This document shows positions 24,719-38,055 of a stretch of 64,000 bases of DNA, in pieces. Every line of letters starts with the position of its first letter. Positions within the stretch are counted from its first letter, which is position 1. The stretch is from Leucoraja ocellata (taxonomy: Eukaryota). The position numbers and the translations under genes were made by a program. A model generated the notes under the pieces. The model made no database searches. It saw nothing but the letters and a program-made list of their open reading frames with translations, and was not told where the DNA came from. The DNA is taken from contig JAWMAR010000030.1 of the NCBI GenBank assembly GCA_036785375.1, positions 7,378,001 through 7,442,000 of the forward strand, in the 5' to 3' direction.

Positions 24719-24853
24719 GGAATCTTCACTCAGTTTCAATATAGCAAAGAAAAGGTACTACCATCTGATGCCTTGAGGAGTGCTCTTGCCAAAACCTTTC
24801 AAGATGAACAACGCTTTCAGATGGGGATCATGGATGATGCTGCAGAATGTTTT
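24719..24853 (+). CDS. USP54: USP54 coding exon 3
   Basis: tttag|GGA; [45 protein letters not shown]; |gtgagt. Confidence 0.95.
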
Positions 24854-25573
24854 GTGAGTGTTAAATGACAACCACTTGGTTCACTTGACTGTTTGATAAT
24901 GCTTTTTGCAATAAAGGTACTAATTGATTTTGGAAGTATATATGCCGTGGGGGGAAATCAAGATTATTGCATTGGGATGACCTTGAGGCTGCTAGTAATC
25001 CCCAGGACAACCTAACTCCTGAAATGTCACCAGGAATTTACAGGGGATGCCAGATATTGTACTTAAAGTAGTCTAGTGGAGCTATCATTCGTAATGCAGG
25101 TATCCATTTATCAGATTTTGCAAATATTTGTGTTTTGTACATTGTTAAGTAATTGTGAGCAGTAATTTTGCTTTATGACAGAATGGATACAGCATTGTCA
25201 TTTGGCTCGTTAAGGCTATACAATCTCAGTACAAATGCAATCCAGCTAGTCTAACATTAATCCGACATTACTGAGAACATTGAATCACCTAATGAGACTA
25301 GTAGATGTATACTGAATGTGTAACATAGAATGTTGCAGTCGCATACTTAACATCGCCATATATTATAAGTCAATATTTGCAGTTATGCACCTCAGAATTC
25401 ACAACTAGTATAATGTAGCAAAATGGGCAGAATTTGTTTACATGAATCTTACTCAAAATCATTGTTGTGAAACCTTCTGCTTTTACTTTTGTGTGCTGTA
25501 ATTCAGATTTGATTGCTCCATCTTCATCTGTGGAGAACCATATACAGCATGTTTAAAATTATACTTTTTACAG

Positions 25574-25687
25574 GAAAATATCCTCATGCGAATACATTTT
25601 CACATTGCTGATGAAACGAAGGAGGACATTTGCACATCGAAGCATTGTATTCCACACCAGAAATTTGCTATGACTTTGTTTGAGCAG
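25574..25687 (+). CDS. USP54: USP54 coding exon 4
   Basis: tacag|GAA; [38 protein letters not shown]; |gtaaga. Confidence 0.95.
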
Positions 25688-26361
25688 GTAAGAATAATTT
25701 ACTTTTTAGATTGGTAAAGTCAGATTTTAAAAATGTTTTCCACTACTTCTATTTCAGCTTTCTTTTTGAGTCGAAATCAGTTTTCTCCACAATATCAGTT
25801 ATGTTAGGTACTGAAGTTTATCTCAATGTTTTGCATTTTGTGAACACTTATTGGTGTTTATTAGGATAATCCAAAATATTATAAATGTTCTTTCCTTTTG
25901 CCATTACTTCATTATCGGTTAGAAAGTTAATGTTAGAAACTATTATTAGAGTTACGGAAGCAGAGAATTTGAGAAAAATTCAAGATAATCAGGTAGTCAA
26001 CATGCTTTTGGGAATGGGACGTCCTGTTTGAACTTATTCATAGTGAAAGAATTAACACATTGGCGTGAGTGGAATACTAGTAATTGAAATGGGCAGGGTG
26101 CCTTCTGAAGAAAGGTGAGCACAGTAAGCCACTGTCTAGATTTTTGGAACATTAAAAAAGTACATAAGATCCTGAGGGGTTTTGATTTGGGTGGATACAG
26201 AGAGGAGGCTTCGGCTTGTGAAGAATCTAGAACTAGGTTAGATGACCAAATAATCCAAGTATATTTAACTTTATGACGTGCAATATTGGAATTTCACTTG
26301 AAAACCTGTTACTATGTTCGACTTCTCTGATGGCTGGCATGGAATATTTTTTTCCTTGCAG

Positions 26362-26444
26362 TGTGTTTGTACCAGCTGTGGTGCAACATCCGACCCACTG
26401 CCTTTTATCCAGATGGTGAACTACATTTCTACAACTGCATTATG
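26362..26444 (+). CDS. USP54: USP54 coding exon 5
   Basis: tgcag|TGT; [27 protein letters not shown](C); |gtaagc, phase 2. Confidence 0.95.
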
Positions 26445-28152
26445 GTAAGCTATTGCTAAGATTAATCATATTAAACTTGTACCTTACAATAATAACGTTT
26501 GTGCACAAAGTAACATTAGCATATTGGAGGTAAATAAAAAGTGAGAAAGCTTATTATACAAAGTACATTGTTCCCGTCTTATGCTGGTGAATGAATCAGT
26601 GTACAATTTCACATTCTGAAACCAGAAACCTGCATTTTAAACACAAGTATAAACGAGAATGGAAATCAAACTATGTTGAGTTTGCGTTCATAAAACATGA
26701 CCCTACTCATCAAATTGGGATCATAAACTTTTAAAGTGCTGTGGTTGCAGGAAGAATATTTTTTGCTGATGAGGAATCCTATCTAATAATAAATGTTGCA
26801 GTATTTGTGGTATGTTTTGGCAGTCTATCTCAAAATCTTTAAACAGGGAGTGTCTTTGAACTGCTGACTTTGCTCTGTTTACTGCATCGTGTACAATTAG
26901 TCATAGATGCATGTTATGAATTTGCACAGTGGTGTGCTCTAAAATTGGTGACATTCTTCAAAGGGGAACACAGGCAAAAGTCATTGGAATTAGTGAAAAG
27001 ACAGGACTCCTTGCACAAACTCATTTTGCCAGCAGGAACCTTACTTGTTTGCTTTATAAATAACCAATGATTTGGATAAATGCTTGACATGTGAGTGGAA
27101 GGCTCTAGAGTTGTGATCACAATGTACTGATGTTTTCAGCCATGCAATAAGAGGGAATATTTTAAGGCAGAGACGCCAGACTGGAAAAGGACAGACTTGG
27201 GAATGTGGTGTGATGAGACATTGGTATAAAGGATTGTCCATCATTACTCAGATAATAAAAAAGGATTGAAAAGTTGTAAAATTAAAAAAAACTAGGAATA
27301 TAAGGAGGTCTATCACCCTTAAGCAACTAATAAAATCAATACTAGTGAACAGTGAGTAAATAAAAGTTAAGAGAAAGTAGGAGTTTGTAATTGCAGCAAA
27401 GGGTAAGAATGGAGAAGAATTGAATGAAGAGTAAAATATTGTCGGCCATTAAACAATGAATACAGAACAGGATCATATAGTGGAAGGATTTAACGCTGAA
27501 ATGACATGATAAATCAAAATAAATTATTACAGAGCATAGTTAACCCTCAAGTAAACAAAGTGGTGGACTGAGTGGGATTCATCAGCAATCCTGAAGAGGA
27601 ACTTGGAAAGTTGTAGCAAGTTCAGAGTTCTAATGAATGTGAACCAGAATGAGAAATATATATTGACACGCTGGCCCAGAAAATTACAGGCCAGTTGGCA
27701 TGGATCCATGTTGATTCATTTCAGATTATTTTCCATCATCTAAATTTGTACTTTGATAAATTTTATTTTAAAAAAGATTCTAAAATATTCTCTTTGTGAT
27801 AGAGAAATATGATTAAAATTATTCAAGTATAAATTTAGATGAGGGGGGAAAATATCTGAAATGAACCAACCTCAATTTAAGAAAGGAAGATTTTGCTTTG
27901 CACATGTGATTGAGTTATTTGAGGTGATGAATGGGAAAAAATGTCACATGAATTACATGAACATTTGGACAATGTACCAAATTAATGATCATTGATTGAC
28001 AAATGACTGCAGAATTTGTAGATAGTTAACAAATTAGATTAAAAACTAGCTATGAAGAAACACATGATTATAGTTAAGGATATCAATGTTCTGTTTAGGA
28101 CTCTTCTATCGAAATAACTTCAGTGTAGGGTCAGAATATGTTTACTGTTTGG

Positions 28153-28560
28153 TTTTAGGGATTTGGGCATTGGTGGCAAGGCCACCCATTATTGCTCATC
28201 CTTAATTTCCTCAAAGGTGATGGTGGGCTCCTTCCTAGAACTGCCACAATCCTTCGGTTGAAGTTGCTCTGGAGGTACTGTTTATTATTGTGTTCCAGAC
28301 AATGAAGAATTTGCAATGTATTTGCAAGTCAGGATGGTGTGCATCTTGTGAGGGAACCTGTGAACAGTGTTCTCATGTGCCTGCCGCCCTTGTTCTTCTT
28401 GATAATAGAACGTGGGTTTGGTGGGTGTTGTTCCTCTAGTTAGAGTATGCTCAGTAAATTTTGTGGATGGTATGAAGAAGGACTACTTTCTGCTGGTGAT
28501 GGAAGAAATAACCATTTAGGGCGATTTGATGGGATGCCAAACAAGGGAGCTGCTTTGACC
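28153..28560 (-). mobile_element. Old CR1/L2-like LINE 3' fragment
   Basis: gggatttgggcattggtggcaaggcca..attattgctcatccttaatt.. resembles an abundant elasmobranch LINE end, from memory only. Confidence 0.45.
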
Positions 28561-29664
28561 TTGAACCAGGCACATGGATAGGACCAGTTTGGAGGGATAT
28601 GAGCCAAATGCGGGCAGGTGCGACTAGTGCAGCTGGGACGTGGGCCGGTGTGGGCAAGTTATCTAAATTTTATTATGGTATGACATCGGATGGAAGGTGC
28701 ATACCAAATCTCGTTGCTCTTATGTGCAATGACAATAAAATATATTATTATTATTATTAGGCCGAAGGGCCCTTTTTCCACACTGTATCAATCTATGACA
28801 TTAAAACATAAAATGGGGATATTGGAAAGGTGATGGAATGGGGAAAAATAAGTGGTGGACAGAATTCACTTTCAACATTGGTAATGTGTACATATTGATG
28901 AAAAAAATATATATAATTAGAATTGTGCATGATGTGGGAGAGCTGTGAGATTTTAGTTTTGGATGACAGAAAACTAAAAAGTAGAGTATTTGATCTGGGT
29001 GCCAGATCTAAGGGGTTTGAAAAATGGAGAGCACAATGCAGCTGATTTGGGTGCTGTTTATATGACAAAATGCAAATGTAAAAAGACATGGATACTTGTG
29101 ATTGATTGGGATAGAACAGAGATTATAAGGTGATTTGTCCAAGATGTTTAAAATTATGAAGAAATAGTACAAAAAAGATAAAAACAGATTATTTTCAGTG
29201 GTTGATTTGGATAAAATGAGAGAGTCATAGATATAAGATTAAGATTAAATCCAGGGATTAAGAAATGGAACAGAATAAATATTTTATTTTACACAAGGAT
29301 CAGAAGTCTGTGATTAAACAATGTGCACTGGCATTACATAAGTGATTAAAAGGATATATAAATATAACTACCACACAGAATTTGGGCATACTGATTATAG
29401 AGTATATTTTCTTCACTGCTTCTCTTTCAATATTAGTTCATACAATAACTACCTTAGTTATTTCGGCCCGTTGACCCCACGCTTCTCCTACAACCTTTTT
29501 GTTAATTGCAATGAGGCTTGTTGTCCACTTGCCCACAAGAATCACCCACCATATGTCACACCCTCAAATCAAACCCCTGCCCACTACAAGCACACCGAAA
29601 GCAGTGCACAATGAGCCTTTCCCATTAGCAAGTCTCAGGCCAAATAGGATGTGATGGTGTCCTC

Positions 29665-29768
29665 CCGCCCTCTTCCCTTCCGCCCTCTTCCCTTCCGCCC
29701 TCTTCCCTTCCGCCCTCTTCCCTTCCGCCCTCTTCCCTTCCGCCCTCTTCCCTTCCGCCCTCTTCCTT
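29665..29768 (+). repeat. 15-bp minisatellite (CCGCCCTCTTCCCTT) x about 7, abutting the gap
   Basis: Directly visible tandem units. Confidence 0.95.
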
Positions 29769-29776
29769 CTCTCCTT

Positions 29777-30040
29777 NNNNNNNNNNNNNNNNNNNNNNNN
29801 NNNNNNNNNNNNNNNNNNNNNNNNNNNNNNNNNNNNNNNNNNNNNNNNNNNNNNNNNNNNNNNNNNNNNNNNNNNNNNNNNNNNNNNNNNNNNNNNNNNN
29901 NNNNNNNNNNNNNNNNNNNNNNNNNNNNNNNNNNNNNNNNNNNNNNNNNNNNNNNNNNNNNNNNNNNNNNNNNNNNNNNNNNNNNNNNNNNNNNNNNNNN
30001 NNNNNNNNNNNNNNNNNNNNNNNNNNNNNNNNNNNNNNNN
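29777..30040. other. Assembly gap (264 N)
   Basis: Run of N. Confidence 1.
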
Positions 30041-30416
30041 TCCCTCCCGCTCTCTTCTCTCTCGCCCTCTCCTTTTCTCTCTCGCCCTCACCTCCCTGCT
30101 TTTCTCTTCCACTATTCCCGCCCAATCCGTCCCTTGCCTCTTATTCTCTGGCTGTATAACCAGGGTTGCACCTGCCTTAACTCCAATTGCTTCTTGAATG
30201 TACCCAGATCCCAAAGGATCCCAATGCACGTTGTTTGACCCTCATCACCTACCCAGGTTTTAATTGGACTAGAATAGCATTGTCTAATACATGATGAAGC
30301 TTAATCTACCCATTTCAGGAAATAAATGTATTTACTTGTCAGTATGTCTGCTGTCCTGCAGAGCCTTTGTTGCCTTTCATGGGAACCAATTCCAGCCTCT
30401 TTGTCTCTTTGTTTAG

Positions 30417-30522
30417 TAATCAAGCGATTCGAATGATGGAAAGACGTGAGAAACCGACGCCTGACATGTTTGGAGAGCTTCTGCAGAATGCAAGCACAAT
30501 GGGTGATCTTAGGAACTGTCCG
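30417..30522 (+). CDS. USP54: USP54 coding exon 6
   Basis: tttag|T; [35 protein letters not shown]; |gtatgt. Confidence 0.95.
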
Positions 30523-31734
30523 GTATGTGTCAATTCACTCTTGTTTAACATTAGTTATGCTGCCTTAAATTCAAAGGAATTCTATACTTGGATGTCTGTA
30601 CCTTAAGGATGCAGGTGATAATAGTTCTAAATTCACCCTTCTCATCATGCTTCTATTTCCCTAAACTCCTACAATGCAAAGTAATTTTTCTAGCTCTGTG
30701 GATTATAATATGAATAACAAGTCTGTGAGTGGTGGTTTCCTTCTGCAGAGTTGATTGAAAATTGTTTCTTACTATTTGGTCGCTTGTCCTTTATGGTTGG
30801 TTGGACAGATCTGATCAAATCAGTGATCAGAATATTCCACTTTTGGCCTGGGGGCATTCAGTTCAATGGCTCGGCACTGTAGACCGACATCCAGGTGATT
30901 AGCCTGCACCTTTAGTGTCTTACTTTTCTTTGCTTGAGAGCAAGAAAAAAAATCACTTTTTAAATACATGGGACAAAAATTAACAAAGAGTGTTTAAAAA
31001 TAAAAATATGTCCAGAGAATTATTGTTTTGTAATATAGTTTAATCAATTTCAGATGATCTTGTTTGCGTGCGTCACAGTATCTTTGCTTTGTTACTGTGC
31101 TATTATAAAATCTGTTCAAAACTCAATTAAATGCGAGTAGGTGCTCCTTTGTGTTAAAACTGTCCAGCTCCATGGTGATATTTGCTTCCATTGGAGGCCA
31201 GAATGAGAATGTGAATAGAATCTCAATGACTGCTGTTTATTGTTGGGAGTGAAAAGTTCAGCCGTGGCTGCAAACCATTTCCGTCTGCTGCTTGGACCAA
31301 AGTGGAAGAGTGATGATAAAAGAAATAGGACCTGACCTATTAATTTTGTTCAAATTACTGAGGTGGTTTCAGTATCCAAATGCAGTTTTAGTACTGGAAA
31401 GCTATACATGTATTATCCTTGTGGGAAAAGTGTTTTTAATTACTTTTCAGCCTAATTTTAAACAATTAACTGGGGAGCTTCATTTTTTGAATAGATATTC
31501 ATTGTCAATTTTTCAAAAGTATTAAGATTTTTCCAAAATAACTTTGCAAACCATTTGAAAGTGATCGTTTAAGTTTCAGATATCTCACTTTTTTTCTTTT
31601 CTCTCATTTTGAATATCTCTCTTGCACTAACAAAAAATTGATGCTGGTCTGGGAGTTAGTTTGATACTAAATACACTTCAGACTAAGGTTTATATTCTGC
31701 TCGTCAGTGATCGGAATATTCCATTTTTGGTGAA

Positions 31735-32010
31735 AAAACAGGCCCTTTGGCCCACTAATTCCATGTCAACCAGCGATCACCATGTCCACTAACCTACACA
31801 CACCAGGGCCAATTTTACAACTTACCGATGCCAATTAACCTACAAACCTATAAGTCTTTGGTGTGTGGAAGGAATCCAGAGCACTCGGTGGAAACGCAGA
31901 CAGTCATAGGGAGAACGTACAAACTGTACAGACAGCATCCGTAATTAGGATCGAACCTGGGTCTCTGGCACTATTAGGCAACAACTTTGCCGTTGCCCCA
32001 CTGTGCCACC
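31735..32010 (-). mobile_element. tRNA-derived V-SINE (HE1-like)
   Basis: ggatcgaacctgggtctctg (reverse B box), gggagaacgtacaaact, aacaggccctttggccc tail region. Confidence 0.78.
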
Positions 32011-32490
32011 CACTTATGGTATATGATGGAGACCTTGCTTTAGATCATGCTAGCTGGGGGTGTCAGAAGATTTCTTGATATATATTTTAATGGACATTGG
32101 AAAAAAATCCAAAATGTTTGAATAAATTTGCGGTTAGCTAAGTGGATGCCAAATCCTGAAAATTGTGTGAACATTAGAAAAATTGCAGATGCTGCAAATC
32201 TAAACTAAAGCCAGAACATGTTGAAAATACTCAGTAAGTCAGGTTTCAGGTCAAAGCGCCTTCATCAGAACTCTCTTTCTTATTCCATCGGATGCTGCCT
32301 GACCTGCTGAATGTTTTTAACATTTTCTGTTTATAAATGTGAAATTAGTGTTTTGCATTCAATTGCTCCTAACTGCTGGTCAATAATTGGCATTAATTAA
32401 TTAGAAAGGTTGTTTAAAAAAGTCATGTCTATATCCATTTCCTGTTGAACATGTCTTTGGCATATCATGATGAACAATATCCTATCAATG

Positions 32491-32616
32491 TTTAAGAAGG
32501 AACTGCAGATGCTGGAAAATCGAAGGTAGACAAAATTGCTGGAGAAACTCAGGCGGGTGAGGCAGCTCAGACTGAAGATGGGTCTCGAGCGCTGAGTTTC
32601 TCCAGCATTTCTGTCT
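32491..32616. mobile_element. Fold-back Penelope-derived short element with perfect 15-bp TSD
   Basis: aatatcctatcaatg at 32476-90 and 32617-31; arms tagacaaaattgctggagaaactc and gagtttctccagcatttctgtcta. Confidence 0.82.
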
Positions 32617-33755
32617 AATATCCTATCAATGATCACAGTGACCAGATCAGTAGAAGTTGCAAATTTAGTTATTAAATGTTTCAGACTTAAAGTTGGAGCT
32701 CTTTTCCATTTTTTACTCCGTTACAATGATAAACCTAAATCTACAAAATGTTGTGTTGGCTTTTAACACGCTGCATAAATCGCTAGCAAACAAAGCTATA
32801 CCTATAGCACTTGAGATAGCTTTTATTACTTGTTTACAAAAGTCCAGTATATTGTGAACTACAGAAAACAAACAAATAACACATTTGCATTGAAAAGCTA
32901 AAAACTGCAGATGCCAGCAATCTGAAATAAAAGCAGAGCTTAAATTTATAGTTCATTTCAATGTTTATATTTTTTGATTATTGCAATTATGCAAGTTTTC
33001 CAACTATTCTGTATCTAATATTTTTTTTATTGCAGTTTGGGATACTCATCTTTTATTAATGCAAGTTACTATAGATTTATTGTTAATTAGTCTGATTATT
33101 TTTAATTTTTCTTCAAGCTTCACAAATGAAATGCCACCAGTGGAGTTTCTGGCTGGAGATTAAAAGCAAGTTTGGCTGGCTGACTATTTTCTGCATTTCC
33201 TCTCCCTCAGTCAGACAGGGATACAATCCCATTTATTACACTCAGTTGACTTGGCAAATTAAATGTTGAACATGGCTCTCTACTGGTTTCGTAACTCGGT
33301 TCTTTACTAAGTTGCTGGAGTACTTTTTTTTTGCTACCCTCATGAAGCTTAATAAAGAGATTATATTTTACATTATTTATTATATCAGTTGTTTAAACAG
33401 AACATCACTTAACTATCTTTAATTGATTTAATCCAAAGATTAATGAGTTTGCAGAGGGAAAACTGGAAATTATATTTTTCTTTGACTATGTTCCTCTTTC
33501 ATGCCTGTTCATTGTCATTTATCCTTGATTGATGTGATTGGGAACTCACCATATGACCATTGAATTTGGCAGCTGAGTGCATTGATGCTGCACCTGTTGA
33601 GTACAATGCTGTGCGACGTAACGTGTTATATACAGTAAGCTTTCATCTGCAGTTAGAACTGCACTTTGAGATTTCATTGCCGACTGCATTACTAGGTAGT
33701 TTTGTCAGTATCATTAAAATAATTTATTTTAATAACAATCTAATTTTCTTTACAG

Positions 33756-33902
33756 AGCAACTGCGGTGAGAAGATTAGAATCCGTAAAGTATTGATGAAC
33801 TCTCCTGAGATAATCACTATTGGTCTGGTCTGGGACTCGGATCATTCTGATCTTGCCGAAGATGTTATTCACAGTCTTGGAACATGCCTCAAACTTGGAG
33901 AT
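33756..33902 (+). CDS. USP54: USP54 coding exon 7
   Basis: tacag|AGC; [49 protein letters not shown]; |gtaaga. Confidence 0.95.
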
Positions 33903-35480
33903 GTAAGATGGTTATTAGTGTTATTGCTGAATGTAAATGAAATGCAATACCTGTGACATATGCACTTTGCAAAATGAAGTAAGAGCAATATGCCAGCAGT
34001 ACAAGATGCTCATACAAAATAAAAAATAAGTGGTGATAAGAGACATAAAATAGTCAAACTTCCACGGCATGGCATTGGAATTGTTAACTTATTTGTAATA
34101 CTGGGTCTCACAAAGAAGCTAACATGGGAATTTAAGGTATTTTGGTTATAATTTTCCAAAACTCTCCAAACTCAAATTTTTGACTGTAGATATTGAAGAA
34201 GGGAGAGTCAAACTTGGCAAAATATGTTTTATATGCAGTGAGTAAATTACCCGAATTCTAGGACAAGTAAGCACGAACAAAGAGAATCGATGGGCATGAA
34301 ATAAGTGGACCATGTTTGTCTTAAGAAACATGCCTAAAGGCCAGTTGCCCAATAGTTTTTTGAACATCTGAAGTAATGGACTTCCAGACAAAGATCCAAG
34401 TTGAGAGATTATCAAAAAATAAATGTTCATGGAATTCGACATAACTTTGTTGACTGGTTGGGGGGTGAGAGATAGCAATTAAAAAAAAAAGAAAGAATAC
34501 TCTGGATGTGACAAGTGCCACATTGCCTAAGTATTTAGCCTATGGTGTCAACATTTTGAAAGAGTATTAATGACATGGATGAAAGAGGAGAAAATTATAT
34601 GTTGAGGTGTGCAATGACAGAGACTAAGCTGCATGGATGGGAGCAGCAAGTTACAAAGGCACAAGATAATTAGTGAATGTGGAGTTCACTGTGAAGGAGT
34701 ATAAGAAACATGATGGATCTGTTGGCCTGAGCTACAGTAGTCTTTTGGCAACAGGAGGCTTCAAAACATTGAGTGAAATAGTGAATCCATTTGATGCATC
34801 AGCTATTTGCCAAAATTCACTGCATCACATTTGTAAAATATTATGCACTGCTGTGAGTTGGCGTTTGATGTAGGAATTACTAAAGGCGAAAATTCAGCTA
34901 ACATGGAAAGAGTTGGAACAGTGAGATTTACTGCTTATGCATACAATTTGGATTTAGCGTGAGGTTTGCATCTCAAGCTGTTTCACTTTTCCTTTCAAAT
35001 TTCAATTCAGTATTTGGAAAATGAATTATTGTATTCAGTTATTTTGCACACAGTTGCACATATTTGTTCTTGCCGTTGCATTAATGATGGCATGTGACAT
35101 GGATCTGAAACTTGTAAGTCTGGAATTGCATGAGACTTCTCTTGGAGCTTTCTTCTGGTGGAATTTGGAAATAAATGATAAATTAATAAAATAAAATCAC
35201 ACCCCTAGACATGGTAATTATTCCCTTTTAGCTGTTAGTGTGATTTTCTTGTGTATATTTTCCAGAGGCCACTGTCAGTTAACCTGTAATGGCTGAAAAC
35301 TAATGAAAAACTGAAATATAATTAATTATACACTGCTCTGTATACCAAGTGATCTTTATGATGTTGGATTCACTGTAAAATCACACATAAGCTCAACACT
35401 TGTATCTTACCCTGTAATGTCAGCCCACGCATATCAACTTCCATCAAAGTTTGTCATTCATTCAAACATGTTATTATGAA

Positions 35481-35668
35481 GTGAAACACAAAGTACTGAA
35501 GAAACTCAACGGTTCAGGCAGCATCTGTGGAAGGAATGTATAGCTGATGTTTTGGGTTATAACCAGAAGGGTCCTGACCTGAAACGTTGCCTACCCATTC
35601 CCTCCACAGACCCGCTGACTTGCTCCAACACGTTGTGTTTTACTAAAGATTCCAACATCTGCAGTGTC
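35481..35668. mobile_element. Fold-back Penelope-derived short element (older)
   Basis: Inverted PLE termini; flanks catgttattatgaa and catattatgatgaa (12/14). Confidence 0.65.
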
Positions 35669-36932
35669 CATATTATGATGAATCTTTGGAAGCGCTAGCA
35701 TTTCAGCCATTCCAATGACAGAAACCCATTAACAGTCTTAGATTTACTTAGTGACGGATGGCATTGCAGTTGTCATGACGCTCCATGGCTGGATTTTCCA
35801 TGAATGGTACCAGTAGAATCCAGTCTTGCTGAGATTCCCTAGCATTGCACTTGGAAAATCACCCTTTGGTTCAAATATAGGCCAGTCATGGAATAGGATC
35901 AGAGACCACATTCATCTTTGCCTGCAGATTAGGACACAAAGAGAAAGGTGAATTATCAAAATTAATTTACATTAGTTTACTGTTTTAGTGTGTTTTGAAT
36001 TAACCTTATTTAAAAAAAAATGTAATTATTTGCTTCATTTTCATCATTTTTAAAATGTTAGAATATATAAAAGGTACAAATATCAATTAGTGACTTGCAC
36101 AGGACAAAGACTTACCCTTATATTTGTTTGCGCTAAAAGCTGCCAAACTGTGGGCCAGGCCTTTTTACAATGTCAGGCTTTATCGCTGCGAGGATCTTGC
36201 TGCCTGATTCCATGTTAAAGCAGTCAGCAAAAACTGCCCTTCACATCTGAGGCAGGGTGAGACCAGAAAGACCCCAGTCCTTTAAGGTTTCATTACGATT
36301 GATAAAAGAACCAGTGTTAACAACGCCGAAGATGGTGATATCTTTAGAATTAAACTAGATGTTAACCAGAAAGCTGCCTATGTTTTTGTGGGGATTGTTG
36401 TGGCTTTTAAGATACTTGAAAAACAATGCTATACCAAAGATAACAAAAATGTACTATTAACTGCTGATTTGACGACTTATTTCCAGCTATCCCCTCCCCC
36501 CCCCCCCTCCTCCTTCTCCCTCTTAAGGAATAAAGAACGTTTCTTCATTGCAATATATATATGTACGTGTGTTACAATTCATTAATTGATAATGTCTGAT
36601 AAATCCTTTTGCCAAAACGTGCACAACTTTTTACATATAATATGGCGCCATATTTAACAAGATCACATCTAGAGCAAATAGAGCACCATGTGGTTTCACT
36701 GTAGACATTGATTTGTACGCAACTGGCTAATTCGTTTGACTTCAAATATTTAAGCAATATTTGCAGCTTTAACTTGTTGATAAGGAACACCATTTTGTGT
36801 TCTTAAAAAAAAACATGATATTAACTTGACTTAAAATATGACTTGAAATTTTCTCAATGTGGTTAACCGAGGCTGGTTTAAAAATAGCCTGTCACAATTC
36901 CATGCACCAAAGGATATCCTTTTATTTGACAG

Positions 36933-37082
36933 CTATTCTATCGAGTGACGGATGACAAAGCTAAGCATACAGAGCTTTATTTGGTCGGCATGGTGTGTTA
37001 CTATGGCAAACACTATTCTACCTTCTTCCTCCAAACAAAAATTCGCAAATGGATGTATTTTGATGATGCTCATGTGAAAGAG
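36933..37082 (+). CDS. USP54: USP54 coding exon 8 (His box)
   Basis: gacag|CTA; [50 protein letters not shown]; |gtaggt. Confidence 0.95.
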
Positions 37083-37889
37083 GTAGGTGATCTTTTCCTA
37101 AAATATCACATCTTGTCACTGCAATCTAGTCCAAGAGTTATTCTTATTTCTGGCCTCAGTGGCTGATTGCTTCAGGGTAGGCAATAATATGAGCACATGA
37201 ATAATGTTGACAACCTTTTCATATGCATTATTTTTAATGCTTAGCTCATGTCTTTGCTTCCTCCATACTTGGTTTAGAATGGTGTTTTGAACTGGGTATT
37301 CTGACTGTCATATCTGAATGAATCTTTAAAAAAAAACATACCCCAGACTCTGAATTTGGTTTTCTTTAAAGAGACCACGCAGCTTTTAAATGTGGAGATG
37401 TCAGAACAGCAATTCTACGAACAACAATGTCCAATTCAGAGCAGTCACAAATGTTAAGATATGCAGTGTTATCCAAATTTGCCTGTAACATTGCAGCCTT
37501 TCTTACTGTTTGTATGTAACTTGTGCATTCTCCACCTCAACACTGCATTCTGTTCCAAGTTCAGATTGCCAAATGAGCAAAGTGCTGCTTCCTGTTCTCT
37601 TTCATTAAAGGTCTCTCTCCCAGAACCCAGATCACAATGCAATCAGATAGATGTTTTTGGATTGCTACTGTTGCAGAATAAAACAGCTTCAGTTTCCTCA
37701 CCACACTTAGCTACAAATAAGTTTGCATGTAACAAGGCTGAGCACAATTTACAATTTAAGAAGGCCATGTCTATGTTGATTTGATTTGAGAAATCTAGTT
37801 TAAAGACAATTGATACTTTAACTGCTGATGATGCAGTAGAAATTGTATAGTGATAATCAGTGTCGTAATTCTAAATGTTTCCAATTTAG

Positions 37890-38055
37890 ATTGGACCCAA
37901 GTGGAAGGACGTTGTGACCAGATGCATTAAGAGCCATTATCAGCCATTACTACTTTTGTATGCAGATCCAAGAGGCACTCCTGTATCTGCACAAGATCTA
38001 CCCGTAGCAGACACCCATCAGTACAGCCGAACTTGTTATGATAGTGAAGATTCAG
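37890..38055 (+). CDS. USP54: USP54 coding exon 9
   Basis: tttag|ATT; [27 protein letters not shown]...CYDSEDS; G|gtaatt, phase 1. Confidence 0.95.

Noticed and set aside
29665-29768. CRISPR-like regular repeat
   Set aside because: No spacers, vertebrate intron context and no cas genes; it is a simple tandem repeat.
29564-30238. ORFs with RAEGK/GGREE/RPLPF repeats
   Set aside because: Artefacts of the 15-bp minisatellite and the N gap.
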